Shown here: positions 42,923 to 52,100 of the stretch, in pieces
Layout: each line of letters starts with the position of its first letter
How positions within the stretch are numbered: the stretch's first letter is position 1
From: Alphaproteobacteria bacterium
GTDB lineage: Bacteria; Pseudomonadota; Alphaproteobacteria; Bin95
Length of the DNA stretch: 64,000 bases
Assembly (NCBI GenBank): GCA_965205265.1
Contig: CBDBGH010000003.1
Location: 3,424,001 to 3,488,000, forward strand
Reading direction: 5' to 3'
Program-made: the position numbers and the translations under genes
The notes under the pieces: generated by a model
Database searches by the model: none
Seen by the model: the letters and a program-made list of their open reading frames with translations, nothing else
Told to the model about the DNA's origin: nothing

Positions 42923-44737
42923 ATGAACCGCACGATCCGCGCCCGCATCCACGACAGCGCCGTCAGGCGCGTCACCCGCATCTACGCCGCCACCCTCGCC
43001 GAGATCTTCGTCGAACTGCTGCAGAACGCCCGCCGCGCCGACGCCGCGCGGGTGCGCATCTCTGTCGCCGCTTCCGCTCCCCGTCCGGCCGACTCCGTCC
43101 CCGCGACCGGCGACACGCCGTTCACCGTCACCGTCTCCGACGACGGCGCCGGCATCGCCGATCCCGCCGTGCTGCTGAGCTTCGGCGAGAACGGCTGGGA
43201 CGACGCCCTGGTCCGGCGCGAGGACGCCGCCGGCTTCGGCTTCGCCAGCCTGGCGCGGCGCACCTGCGCCGTCTCCTCCAGGCCGCGTGCGCCCGGCGGG
43301 GAGACGATGCCCGGCTGGCAGGTCTCCCTGTCGCCGGAGCACTTCCTCGGCGAGGCGGACGCCGAGGTCCATGCAGACGAAAGCGCGCCGCACCCGCACG
43401 GCACGGCGGTCTCGTTCCGGGCAGCGGAATCCGCCGCCGCCATCCGCAATGCTGCCGCGGCCGCCGCCCGGCATTATCCTCTGCCGGTGGTCTTCGAGGA
43501 TCGCACCGGCGGCGATGCCGCCCCGGAGGAGCTGCCGCGCCGCGCCTTCCTCGACGGCGCGGTCCATGCCGAGCCGTGGCGCGGCCTCGTCTTCGGCGTC
43601 TTCAGGAACCGCCATGACGGCTACAGGGACCCCGACCTCAATGTCCACGGCCTGACGCTTGCCGTCGGCCTGCCCACCGTCGAGACCGTCCACGGCGCCG
43701 CCTGGTCCGTGCTGGCCGATGCCGGGGACTGCCCCGGTCTCGAACTGGTGCTGCCGGCCCGCAAGGAGGCGGTCGAGAACCCCTTCCTCGGCGAGATGCG
43801 GGACGCCGCCCGTCTCGCCATCTGGCGCGCCATGGCGGCCGACCCCGATCCGCGCCCCGGCTTCGGAGACTGGATGCAGGCCCGCGAGGCCGGCATCGCC
43901 ATCGCCCCGCCGCCGGCCGTGCTGCGGCCCTGGCGGCCCGCCATCGCCAGCATCGACGACTGGCGCGACCCGCCGCCGCTCGCCGCCGCCGGCCCGGACG
44001 CCCTGGTCATGGCGGACGATCCCGAACCGCCGGAAGCCCAGGCGCTGTGGCGCGCCGCCGAACGCGACGGCCTCGCGCCGCGCCTGTTCGAGGCCGACCG
44101 CCGGCTCGAGGGCTACCCCTGGTACGACCGCCTCGACCGGGCGGCCGGCATCGCCATCAAGGTCACGCTGGACGGCACGCCTCATGCGCTCGGCGACGCC
44201 CCGCTGCCCGAACGGACAGATCCGGCCGCCGCGGCGCTGCCGCCGAGGCCGGACGCGGTCCGCATCGACCTCGCCGTCCGGGCGGCGGACGGGCGGGAAC
44301 GCACCCTCGGCCTTGCCGCCGATCTCGCCTTCGCCGGCGAGGCCTGGCGCTGCTGGCTCGACGACGCCCTGCCGCTGGTGACCGCCGGCAGCGCGCTGCA
44401 GCCGCACGACCTCGCGGCCTTGCTGCGCGCCGCCTTCTTCTCGGCCTCCGACGACGCCGACGCCGACAGCTACGAGACCCAGCTCGCACGCTTCGACGGC
44501 GACGCCCTCCACCTGGCGACGCGGCTGCTGCTGTCGGACGACGACGCCTGCCGCCAGTCCCTCGCCGAGGCGGCGCAGCGCGAGCTGATGTGGCTCGTGC
44601 CCGCGAACCGCGCCGTCGATATCCGCATCCGCCGGCCCGACGTCACCGTCACCCTCGCCGATCGCAGGGTTGCCGTCAGTCTCGGCCCGGCCGGTCCCGG
44701 CGAGGCCGATCCGGCGCCGGAGGTTCCCGCCCGTTGA
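42923..44737 (+). CDS. GHKL (HATPase_c) ATP-binding protein
   Basis: ELLQNARRA, VSDDGAGI, AGFGFASL, GTAV motifs; GGAGG RBS. Confidence 0.8.
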   Translation: MNRTIRARIHDSAVRRVTRIYAATLAEIFVELLQNARRADAARVRISVAASAPRPADSVPATGDTPFTVTVSDDGAGIADPAVLLSFGENGWDDALVRREDAAGFGFASLARRTCAVSSRPRAPGGETMPGWQVSLSPEHFLGEADAEVHADESAPHPHGTAVSFRAAESAAAIRNAAAAAARHYPLPVVFEDRTGGDAAPEELPRRAFLDGAVHAEPWRGLVFGVFRNRHDGYRDPDLNVHGLTLAVGLPTVETVHGAAWSVLADAGDCPGLELVLPARKEAVENPFLGEMRDAARLAIWRAMAADPDPRPGFGDWMQAREAGIAIAPPPAVLRPWRPAIASIDDWRDPPPLAAAGPDALVMADDPEPPEAQALWRAAERDGLAPRLFEADRRLEGYPWYDRLDRAAGIAIKVTLDGTPHALGDAPLPERTDPAAAALPPRPDAVRIDLAVRAADGRERTLGLAADLAFAGEAWRCWLDDALPLVTAGSALQPHDLAALLRAAFFSASDDADADSYETQLARFDGDALHLATRLLLSDDDACRQSLAEAAQRELMWLVPANRAVDIRIRRPDVTVTLADRRVAVSLGPAGPGEADPAPEVPAR

Positions 44738-44805
44738 TCCGGCCGGGCTCCGTCCCGCTCGCCGGGACGGGGCGCGTCGGTTCCGCTTCACTGGAGAACA
44801 GTGCC

Positions 44806-45564
44806 ATGCCCGATTCCGTGACGGGTTTCGACGACATGCCGCGCTGCGGCGTGCCCGCATCGGTCCGGCCGGCCGCGGACCGCCGGCTCCGGCGCCGCTT
44901 CCTGCGCGCCGGACGCGAGGCCGTCGACGACCGCGACCTGCTGGAACTGCTCCTCGCCGGCCGCCCGTCGGCGGACGGCGCCCTTGCCGCAACCCTGCTC
45001 GACATCTTCGGCACGGCCCCGCGCGTCCTCGCCGCCCGGGCCGACCGGCTGCGCACCGTGCCCGGCCTGCCGGACGACGCCATCGCCGCCCTCAAGGCCG
45101 CCGAGGCCCTCGGCATCCGCATGGCGCGGGCGGAGGTTCCGCCCCGGGTCCGCCCCTCCCTCGGCAGCTACGGCAAGGTGGTCGACTATTGCCGCGCCCT
45201 CGCCGGCCACCGTGAGGTCGAGGAGTTCCATGTCCTCTACCTCGACTGCCGGAACCGTCTCATCGCCGACGAATGCGTCCAGAGAGGCTCCGTCGGCCAC
45301 GCGCCGGTCTATCCGAGAGAGATCTGCATCCGCTGCCTCGAACTGCAGGCCAGCGCGGTCGTTGTCCTCCACCCGCACCCTTCCGGCGCTCCCGATCCGT
45401 CCCGTGCCGACCTCGTCATGACGCGACGCATCGAGGACGCGCTGAAGACGATCGAGGTCACACTGCTCGACCATGTGATCGTCACCCCCGCCGCCGCCTT
45501 CAGCTTCAGCCAGCAGGGCCTGCTCCGAACGGCCGCCCCGGCCCGGGCGACCACCGCCTCTTGA
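44806..45564 (+). CDS. radC: RadC family JAB-domain protein
   Basis: EEFHVLYLD..NRLI, GSVGHAPVYPREI, HPHPSG..PS.AD..MT, LLDHVIV. Confidence 0.88.
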   Translation: MPDSVTGFDDMPRCGVPASVRPAADRRLRRRFLRAGREAVDDRDLLELLLAGRPSADGALAATLLDIFGTAPRVLAARADRLRTVPGLPDDAIAALKAAEALGIRMARAEVPPRVRPSLGSYGKVVDYCRALAGHREVEEFHVLYLDCRNRLIADECVQRGSVGHAPVYPREICIRCLELQASAVVVLHPHPSGAPDPSRADLVMTRRIEDALKTIEVTLLDHVIVTPAAAFSFSQQGLLRTAAPARATTAS

Positions 45565-45582
45565 CACGACAAGGACACCGCC

Positions 45583-45999
45583 ATGCCCGACATCTCCACC
45601 GCCGCGCCGTTCGGCCCGGTCGTCTTCTCTTATACCCGCCGCCAGGCGATCGCGGACGGCGTGCTCGTCGACGTCACCGGCACCGCCCGCGAGGCCGGCT
45701 TCCGCATCCCCGTCGCGCTCAGCCGCAGCGTGTGGGACCGGCTGGTCGCCCTGCCCGAGGGCTACCGCGGCGTTCAGGACGAGGCCGGACGGCTGTGGGA
45801 CGTGCTCTGGATGGCGCGCCATCACGCGCTCGGCGCACCCGGCAGCGACCGCGTGAGGATGTGCGTGTCCGTGCGCGACATCGCCGAGGACCTGCGCGAC
45901 AGCAGCCGCCCGCCCCGCCGGCACTTTCCCGTCGTGGTCCTCGGCCCCGGCGACGAAGGTGAGGCGGTCGCCACCATCATGTTTCCCGAGGACGACTGA
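45583..45999 (+). CDS. Conserved plasmid hypothetical protein (DUF6573-like)
   Basis: SYTRRQAIADGVLVD, QDEAGRLWDVLW, TIMFPED. Confidence 0.7.
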   Translation: MPDISTAAPFGPVVFSYTRRQAIADGVLVDVTGTAREAGFRIPVALSRSVWDRLVALPEGYRGVQDEAGRLWDVLWMARHHALGAPGSDRVRMCVSVRDIAEDLRDSSRPPRRHFPVVVLGPGDEGEAVATIMFPEDD

Positions 46000-46085
46000 A
46001 CCGCCCGCGCCGCGATCCGCAGCCGGCGTGAACCCGGCGATCGACCGGCGTGCGATCGAAGACGCGAACTGACAGGGAGGAACCC

Positions 46086-46331
46086 ATGACCAGGGCCGGA
46101 AAGGAATACCTCAGGCAGTGCTTCCGGAAGGTGGGGCTCGACCTCGGCTGGGTGCCCGACCCCCATGTCGCGCAGATCCTGAAGGACGGCGCATACCAGA
46201 AGCAGTTCCCGTCATGGCGCGAAGTCGAAGCCTGGCTCTCCGGCTACGAACGCGCGCTCAAGCACCATGCCCCCGAAGTCTACGCCCGAAGCGAGGCCGC
46301 CCGTTACGAAGCGCTGCAGAAGAAGGACTGA
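46086..46331 (+). CDS. Hypothetical protein
   Basis: GGGAGG RBS; co-oriented; protein-like composition. Confidence 0.65.
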   Translation: MTRAGKEYLRQCFRKVGLDLGWVPDPHVAQILKDGAYQKQFPSWREVEAWLSGYERALKHHAPEVYARSEAARYEALQKKD

Positions 46332-46390
46332 CCGTCCCGCAACGCCTCGGCGCCTGTCCCCCGCATCCTCCAGCGCCCGAAGGAGCCGTC

Positions 46391-46897
46391 ATGCTGCACC
46401 GCATCACCGGCCGCGCCATCAAGTGCGGTTCCGCCGCCATCTCCGCCATCGCCGGCATGCCGACCCACGAGGCCGCCGCCGTCATCCGCCGCCTCACCGG
46501 CCGCCATGCGGTCAACGGCGTTCACATGGACGAGCTCGCCGCCGTCCTCGCCGAACTCGGCCGGGCGCCTGTCCAGGCGCTGCGTCATCCCACGCTTCGC
46601 GACCGCCCCCATGCCCGCGATGAGATCCGGAAACGCCTCTTCGCGGATGTCCCGTTCGAGGTCCGCGCCGTCACCCTCGGAACCTTCCTCGACGCCGCGC
46701 CCCCGGGCGCCTGGGCGATCGCGACGAGCGGTCACGTCGTCGCGTATGGCGATGGGCTCGTGGCGGATTCCGCCTGGTTCTTTTCGCGCCGGCCGGCGCC
46801 GTGGTCCCGGGACAACCCGGACCACGCCCGCGTTGCACTCCGGCGCATCGCGGAAGCCGTCCGCTTCGCGCCGGTCTCCAGGCAGCGGGAGGGCTGA
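46391..46897 (+). CDS. Hypothetical protein with C39/papain-like Cys-His-Asp pattern
   Basis: AAGGAG RBS; KCGSAAISAIAG ... SGHVVAYGDGLVAD. Confidence 0.55.
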   Translation: MLHRITGRAIKCGSAAISAIAGMPTHEAAAVIRRLTGRHAVNGVHMDELAAVLAELGRAPVQALRHPTLRDRPHARDEIRKRLFADVPFEVRAVTLGTFLDAAPPGAWAIATSGHVVAYGDGLVADSAWFFSRRPAPWSRDNPDHARVALRRIAEAVRFAPVSRQREG

Positions 46898-46900
46898 CCC

Positions 46901-47545
46901 ATGCCCAGGATCATCGAGACCACGGTCTACGACATCGACGAACTGTCCGGCGCAGCAAAGGAGGCCGCCCGAAGCTGGTATCGCCAGGCAGGCCTGCACA
47001 ACGACTGGCACGACGCCGTCTGCGAAGACTTCGAGACGGTCTGCGGGCTCCTCGGCGTCACCCTCGCCACCACGCCCGTGCCCCTCCATGGCGGCGGAAC
47101 CCGCGACAGCCCCCGCATCTTCTTCCAGCTCGCCTTCGCGCAGGGCGACGGCGCCAGTTACGAAGGCACCTACAGCCACGCCGGGGGCGCGGGCAAGGCC
47201 ATTCGCGCCCACGCTCCGACGGACGAGGAACTGCACCGGATCGCCGATGCCCTGCGCGACATCCAGAGGCGGAACTTCTTCCAGCTTCATGCCACCGTCC
47301 GCCAGCGGGGCCGCCATTGCCACGAATACGCCATGGCGGTCGAGGTCGAGCGCGACAGCCCCACCGGACAGCCTCCCACCGATGGCGCCGAGGACGCCGT
47401 CACCGGGGCGCTGCGCGACCTCGCCCGCTGGCTCTACCGTCAACTCCGCGCCGAATTCGAATACATGACCTCCGACGAGGCCGTCGACGAGGCGCTCGCG
47501 GCCAATGCGTTCAGCTTCACCGCGGACGGTCGCAGATTCGGCTGA
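46901..47545 (+). CDS. Conserved plasmid protein (family often labelled antitoxin of TA stability system)
   Basis: MPRIIETTVY..DELS.AAKE.AR.WYR, QGDGAS, LARWLYRQL.AE.EY.TSDEAVDE. Confidence 0.75.
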   Translation: MPRIIETTVYDIDELSGAAKEAARSWYRQAGLHNDWHDAVCEDFETVCGLLGVTLATTPVPLHGGGTRDSPRIFFQLAFAQGDGASYEGTYSHAGGAGKAIRAHAPTDEELHRIADALRDIQRRNFFQLHATVRQRGRHCHEYAMAVEVERDSPTGQPPTDGAEDAVTGALRDLARWLYRQLRAEFEYMTSDEAVDEALAANAFSFTADGRRFG

Positions 47546-47641
47546 CCTCGCCGATCATTTCGACCCGTCCTTCCCACCATTGACGAGGCCTGCACCGCCC
47601 GGCAATCCTTCCTCCGCGCTGCCATCCAAACAGAGTGCTTC

Positions 47642-48670
47642 ATGCTCGATCTCCACGCCATCAATCTTCATCTTCAGGAGCGGCTCGAACGGGCCGGGCG
47701 CGAGGAAGTCCGCGCCGTCGAGGCCGCGCGTTGGCTCGACGAGGCAGGCCTGCTGCCAGACCGCAAGAACGGCCTGCCGCTGCGCAATCTGCTGCGCGCC
47801 GGACGCATCGCAGGCCAGCAACAGCGTCCGGACCGCAAGAACGGCGCATGGTTCATCCGCCGCCTCGCGGCATCCCGCGACGCCGACGCGATCCGCGAGG
47901 CCCGCGAACGCTTGCGCCGCTGTCTCCCCATCGACCGCGACGCCTTGCCGTCCGACTGGCCGGTGAACCAGGGATCCGCCGTCTTCTGGCAGGAACTCGG
48001 CAAGACGGTCGCGGCTTTCGGATACCTGGAACACATGCTGGCCTCCACCTGCCACGCACTCCTCGCAACCGGCGAGCGGGCCACCGCGCTTCTGGAATCG
48101 AAGGACCAGGAGGCCATGCGCCGGTGGACCAGGCGGCTCCTGGCCTCCCGGACCGACACCCTGCACCGCCTGACGCGTGAACTCGACCGTGTCCTGAAAG
48201 AAGCCGGCCTGGTCCCCCGCGCCGTTCGCAAGGAACTCGTGGCCCGCCTCGACGAGATCAGGCCCTGGCGCAATGCACTCTGCCACGGCGCCTGGCTCAG
48301 TGTCGCCGAAGACGGATCCGCCTGCCTTGACTACGTTTACAGCCACGAAGACCTCCCCGCCGGGTTCGAACGGAACGTTGACATCAAGCGCCTGTGCGAC
48401 ATCCGTGCCCGCGCGGTCGATATCACCGTACGCATCGCCGAAGTCGCCTCCGTCGCCGGGCCCGCCTACAGGCATATGGGCGGCGTCGGCTACGCCCTCG
48501 CCACCCTGCTGCCGCGCATGCATGCGCCGAGAAGCGGCTCTCCCGAACCGGAACTGCTGCACGCGGCGCAGCGCGCCCTCAGGCGCGACGACACGCTCAT
48601 CAAGAAGAAACTCACCCGGCGTCTGGCGGCGACCGATACCGCCGGGACCGGACCGACCGGGACGGATTAG
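47642..48670 (+). CDS. Hypothetical protein with HEPN-like RxxxxH motif
   Basis: Helical domain ELGKTVAAFGYLE...LDEIRPWRNALCHGAW; small N-terminal domain with PDRKNG twice. Confidence 0.6.
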   Translation: MLDLHAINLHLQERLERAGREEVRAVEAARWLDEAGLLPDRKNGLPLRNLLRAGRIAGQQQRPDRKNGAWFIRRLAASRDADAIREARERLRRCLPIDRDALPSDWPVNQGSAVFWQELGKTVAAFGYLEHMLASTCHALLATGERATALLESKDQEAMRRWTRRLLASRTDTLHRLTRELDRVLKEAGLVPRAVRKELVARLDEIRPWRNALCHGAWLSVAEDGSACLDYVYSHEDLPAGFERNVDIKRLCDIRARAVDITVRIAEVASVAGPAYRHMGGVGYALATLLPRMHAPRSGSPEPELLHAAQRALRRDDTLIKKKLTRRLAATDTAGTGPTGTD

Positions 48671-49170
48671 CGAAGTCTCTCTGCTTCCTCGGCCGGGCGC
48701 CGACATCGGACCGCGCCCCAGCGACGTCCGGAAGCGGCGCATCCCGCAGGCTCTCTTCGGCCATGGCTTGCTCGTCTCGCGCAGCGCCATCCCGATCGTG
48801 AACTCCAAGTCATCCATCGCGGAGGCGAACGGTTGATGTTCCCGCTCATCGGTTGAGCGGACGCACAAGAACATTGTCAGGGTATCGGCCGCCGCCGGTT
48901 GTGCCGCGGCCGCTTTCGGCACGGACGACGGATTCCACCCCCTCCAGTCCGAGCGCCCTCGGCGATTCCCTGTCGCTGCCCGTGCCGACCGCCCGCCGTT
49001 TCGGCGACTCGCTGCTTCCACCCTCACATCTTCGTGCGTCTCGCCGCCGGGAGTCCGGCCAGCCGGCCGGGGGCGGTCCGGCGGGGCGGGGCGCGAGTCC
49101 TGTCCCGCGCCGGCCGCCTGCCCCGGTGCGACCCGGGGCCCGTCGATGTCCTTCCAGCACGGAGCCTGCC

Positions 49171-52100
49171 ATGCTCGACGCCCGCCCGGCGCCGGACGCC
49201 CTCGCGCGTCCGCCCCTTGCCGCCAACCCCATTGATCGTCCCGCCGCCCGCCCGGTCCGGGGCGACGCGACCCTCGCCGCGGCCCAGGCCCTGCTGCCGG
49301 TGCTGGAGGCCGGCACGCCCCTCGACGCCGCGACCCTGCGCGAGACCATGACGGCCGCCTTCGGCGCGACCGACGCCGCCGGCGGCTGGGTGTGGAAGGA
49401 CGCCTGGGAGGCCGCCGAGGCGGCCGTCGTGCTGTTCCTCCGGCGCCACGGCCGCGCCATGCGCCGCCATGCCGGCCCGGGACCGGACGGACCCCACCGC
49501 ATGCTGGCGATGCTGGAGGCGGTCGCGGCACTGGAGCCCTCGCACACCAGGCGTTCCGAGGAACAGGTCCGGCTCCAGCAGTTCTCGACCCCGCTGCCGC
49601 TGGCCTGGGCCGTGCTCCAGGCCGCCGCCGTCGGGCCGGGCGATGTGGTGCTGGAACCCAGCGCCGGCACCGGCATGCTGGCGGTGATGGCGGAATGCGC
49701 GCTGCGCGGCCGGGCGGCGGGCGCGCTCCATCTCAACGAGGTGGCCGCGACCCGCGCCAGGCTGCTGGCCGGGCTGTTTCCGCACGCCCCGGTGACCGCC
49801 TTCAACGCCGAGGCCATCGCTGACCGGCTGCGCGGCGTCCGGCCGACCGTGGTGCTGATGAACCCGCCGTTCTCGGCCACGCCGGGGGTGGCGCGGATCA
49901 ACCACGGCGCCGACCTCCGCCATGTCCGCTCCGCCGCCTCGATGCTGCCGCCGGGCGGGCGGCTGGTCGCCATCACCTCGGCCCGTTGCGTCCTCGGCGA
50001 CGCCGTCGGCCGGCTCGATCCCCCGGCGCGCTGCATCTTCACCATGGCCATCGACGGCCGCGCCTATGCCCGGCGGGGCACCGGGTTCGACACCCGCCTC
50101 AGCGTGCTGGAGCGCGGCGCCGGACCGGCCATCCACCTCGACGGAACCGCCCGCGCCGCCAACGCCGCCGAACTGCTCGACGCCGTCATCGCGGGCGTGC
50201 CGTCGCGTCTGTACATGGCGCCGCCGCCGGTTCCCGCCTGTCCCGCCCGCGACCTGTTCGGCAAGCCGGCAGTGGCGAAGCCCGCCACGCGCCGGGGTCC
50301 GAAGCCCGCATCGACACCCGAGACGCGGCAGTCCCACGACTGGGGGCCGGTCTCCGAACTCGCCGTCGAGACCGATCCGGTGGAACCTGCCGCCGACGCC
50401 CCTGCAAACGACGCCGGCCCCTGGGCCCCGTGGCGGCCGGGTGTCGTGCGGATGGCGGGCGCGGTCGCGCACCCGACACCGCTGGTGCAGTCCGCCGCCA
50501 TGGCCGCCGTGCCCCATCCCGTGCCGACATACCGGCCCATGCTGCCGGACCGCGTCGTGACCGAGGGCTTGCTGTCGGACGCCCAGCTGGAGAGCGTCGT
50601 GCTGGCGGGCGAGGCCCATGCCCCGCACCTGGCGGCGGACTACCGCATCGGCTCCGGCTGGGAGACCGTCCACCGCTGCCGCGAGGACGGCGGCGATGAC
50701 AGGGAAGAGGTCGTCACGTCCGAGGGCGAGCCCCTGTCGGCGCCGGTGCGCTTCCGCCGGGGCTGGATGCTGGGCGACGGCACCGGCTGCGGCAAGGGCC
50801 GCCAGGTCGCCGCGATCATCCTCGACAACCGCCTGCGCGGCCGGAAGAAGGCGCTCTGGCTCTCGCAGTCCGACAAGCTGCTGGAGGACGCGCGGCGCGA
50901 CTGGACCGCGCTTGGCGGGCTGGAAAGCGACGTCATCCCGCTCGGCAGTTTCCGCCAGGGCATGGAGATCCCGCTCGATGCCGGCATCCTGTTTGCCACC
51001 TACGCCACGCTGCGCTCGCCCTCCCGCCAGGGGAAACCCTCGCGGCTCGACCAGATCGTCGCGTGGCTCGCGGGCTCCCTCGACGAGGAGGATCGCCACG
51101 GATTCGACGGGGTCGTGGTGTTCGACGAGGCTCACGCCATGGCCAACGCCGCCGGCTCGAAGGGCGAGCGCGGCGAGACCAAACCGTCGCAGCAGGGCCG
51201 CGCCGGGCTGCGGTTGCAGAACGCGCTGCCCGATGCCCGCATCGCCTATGTCTCGGCCACCGGCGCCACCACGGTGCCGGGCCTCGCCTATGCCGGACGC
51301 CTCGGCCTGTGGGCCGCCGGCGAGACGCCCTTCGAGACCCGCGCCGCCTTCGTCTCCGCCATGGAGGCCGGCGGCGTCGCCGCGATGGAGGTCGTCGCCC
51401 GCGACCTCAAGGCGCTGGGCCTCTACCAGGCCCGCGCGCTCGCCTATGACGGCATCGAGGTCGACATCCTGGAACATCCTCTCACGCCCGAGCAGCGGCG
51501 CATCTGGGACGCCTATGCCGGCGCCTTCAAGGTGATCCAAGCCAACATCGAGGAGGCGCTCACCGCCACCGGCATCGTCCAGGGCGGGGACACGTTGAAC
51601 CGGAACGCCAAGGGCGCCGCCTTGTCCGCCTTCGAGGCCACGAAGCAGCGCTTCTTCGGCCATCTCCTGACCGGCATGAAGTGCCCCTCCCTGATCCGCG
51701 CCGTCGAGGCCGACCTCGACGCCGGCCGCTCGGCGGTGGTCCAGCTGGTCTCGACCGGCGAGGCGCTGATGGAACGGCGCATCGCCGAGGTCCCGGCATC
51801 CGAGTGGGACGATCTCAACATCGACCTCACCCCGAGAGACGCGATCCTCGCCTACCTGATGCACGCCTTCCCGGTGCAGTTGCAGGAGCCGTTCACCGAC
51901 GACGGCGGCAATCTGCTCAGCCGGCCCGCGACCGACACGCAAGGCAACCCGGTGATCTGCAAGGAAGCCGAGGAGAGGCGCGATGCGCTGATCGGGAAAC
52001 TGGCGGCCCTGCCGCCGGTGCCGACGGCATTGGACCGGATCGTGCAGCACTTCGGGCACGAGGCCGTCGCCGAGGTGACCGGGCGGTCGCGGCGCGTGCT

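Noticed and set aside
40345-44992. 878-aa and 739-aa minus-strand ORFs
   Set aside because: High-GC shadows of the ParB and GHKL genes
48667-48850. Minus-strand fragment MDDLEFTIGMALRETSKPWPKR
   Set aside because: Possibly a gene remnant, but no clear RBS, stop or family; unsupported
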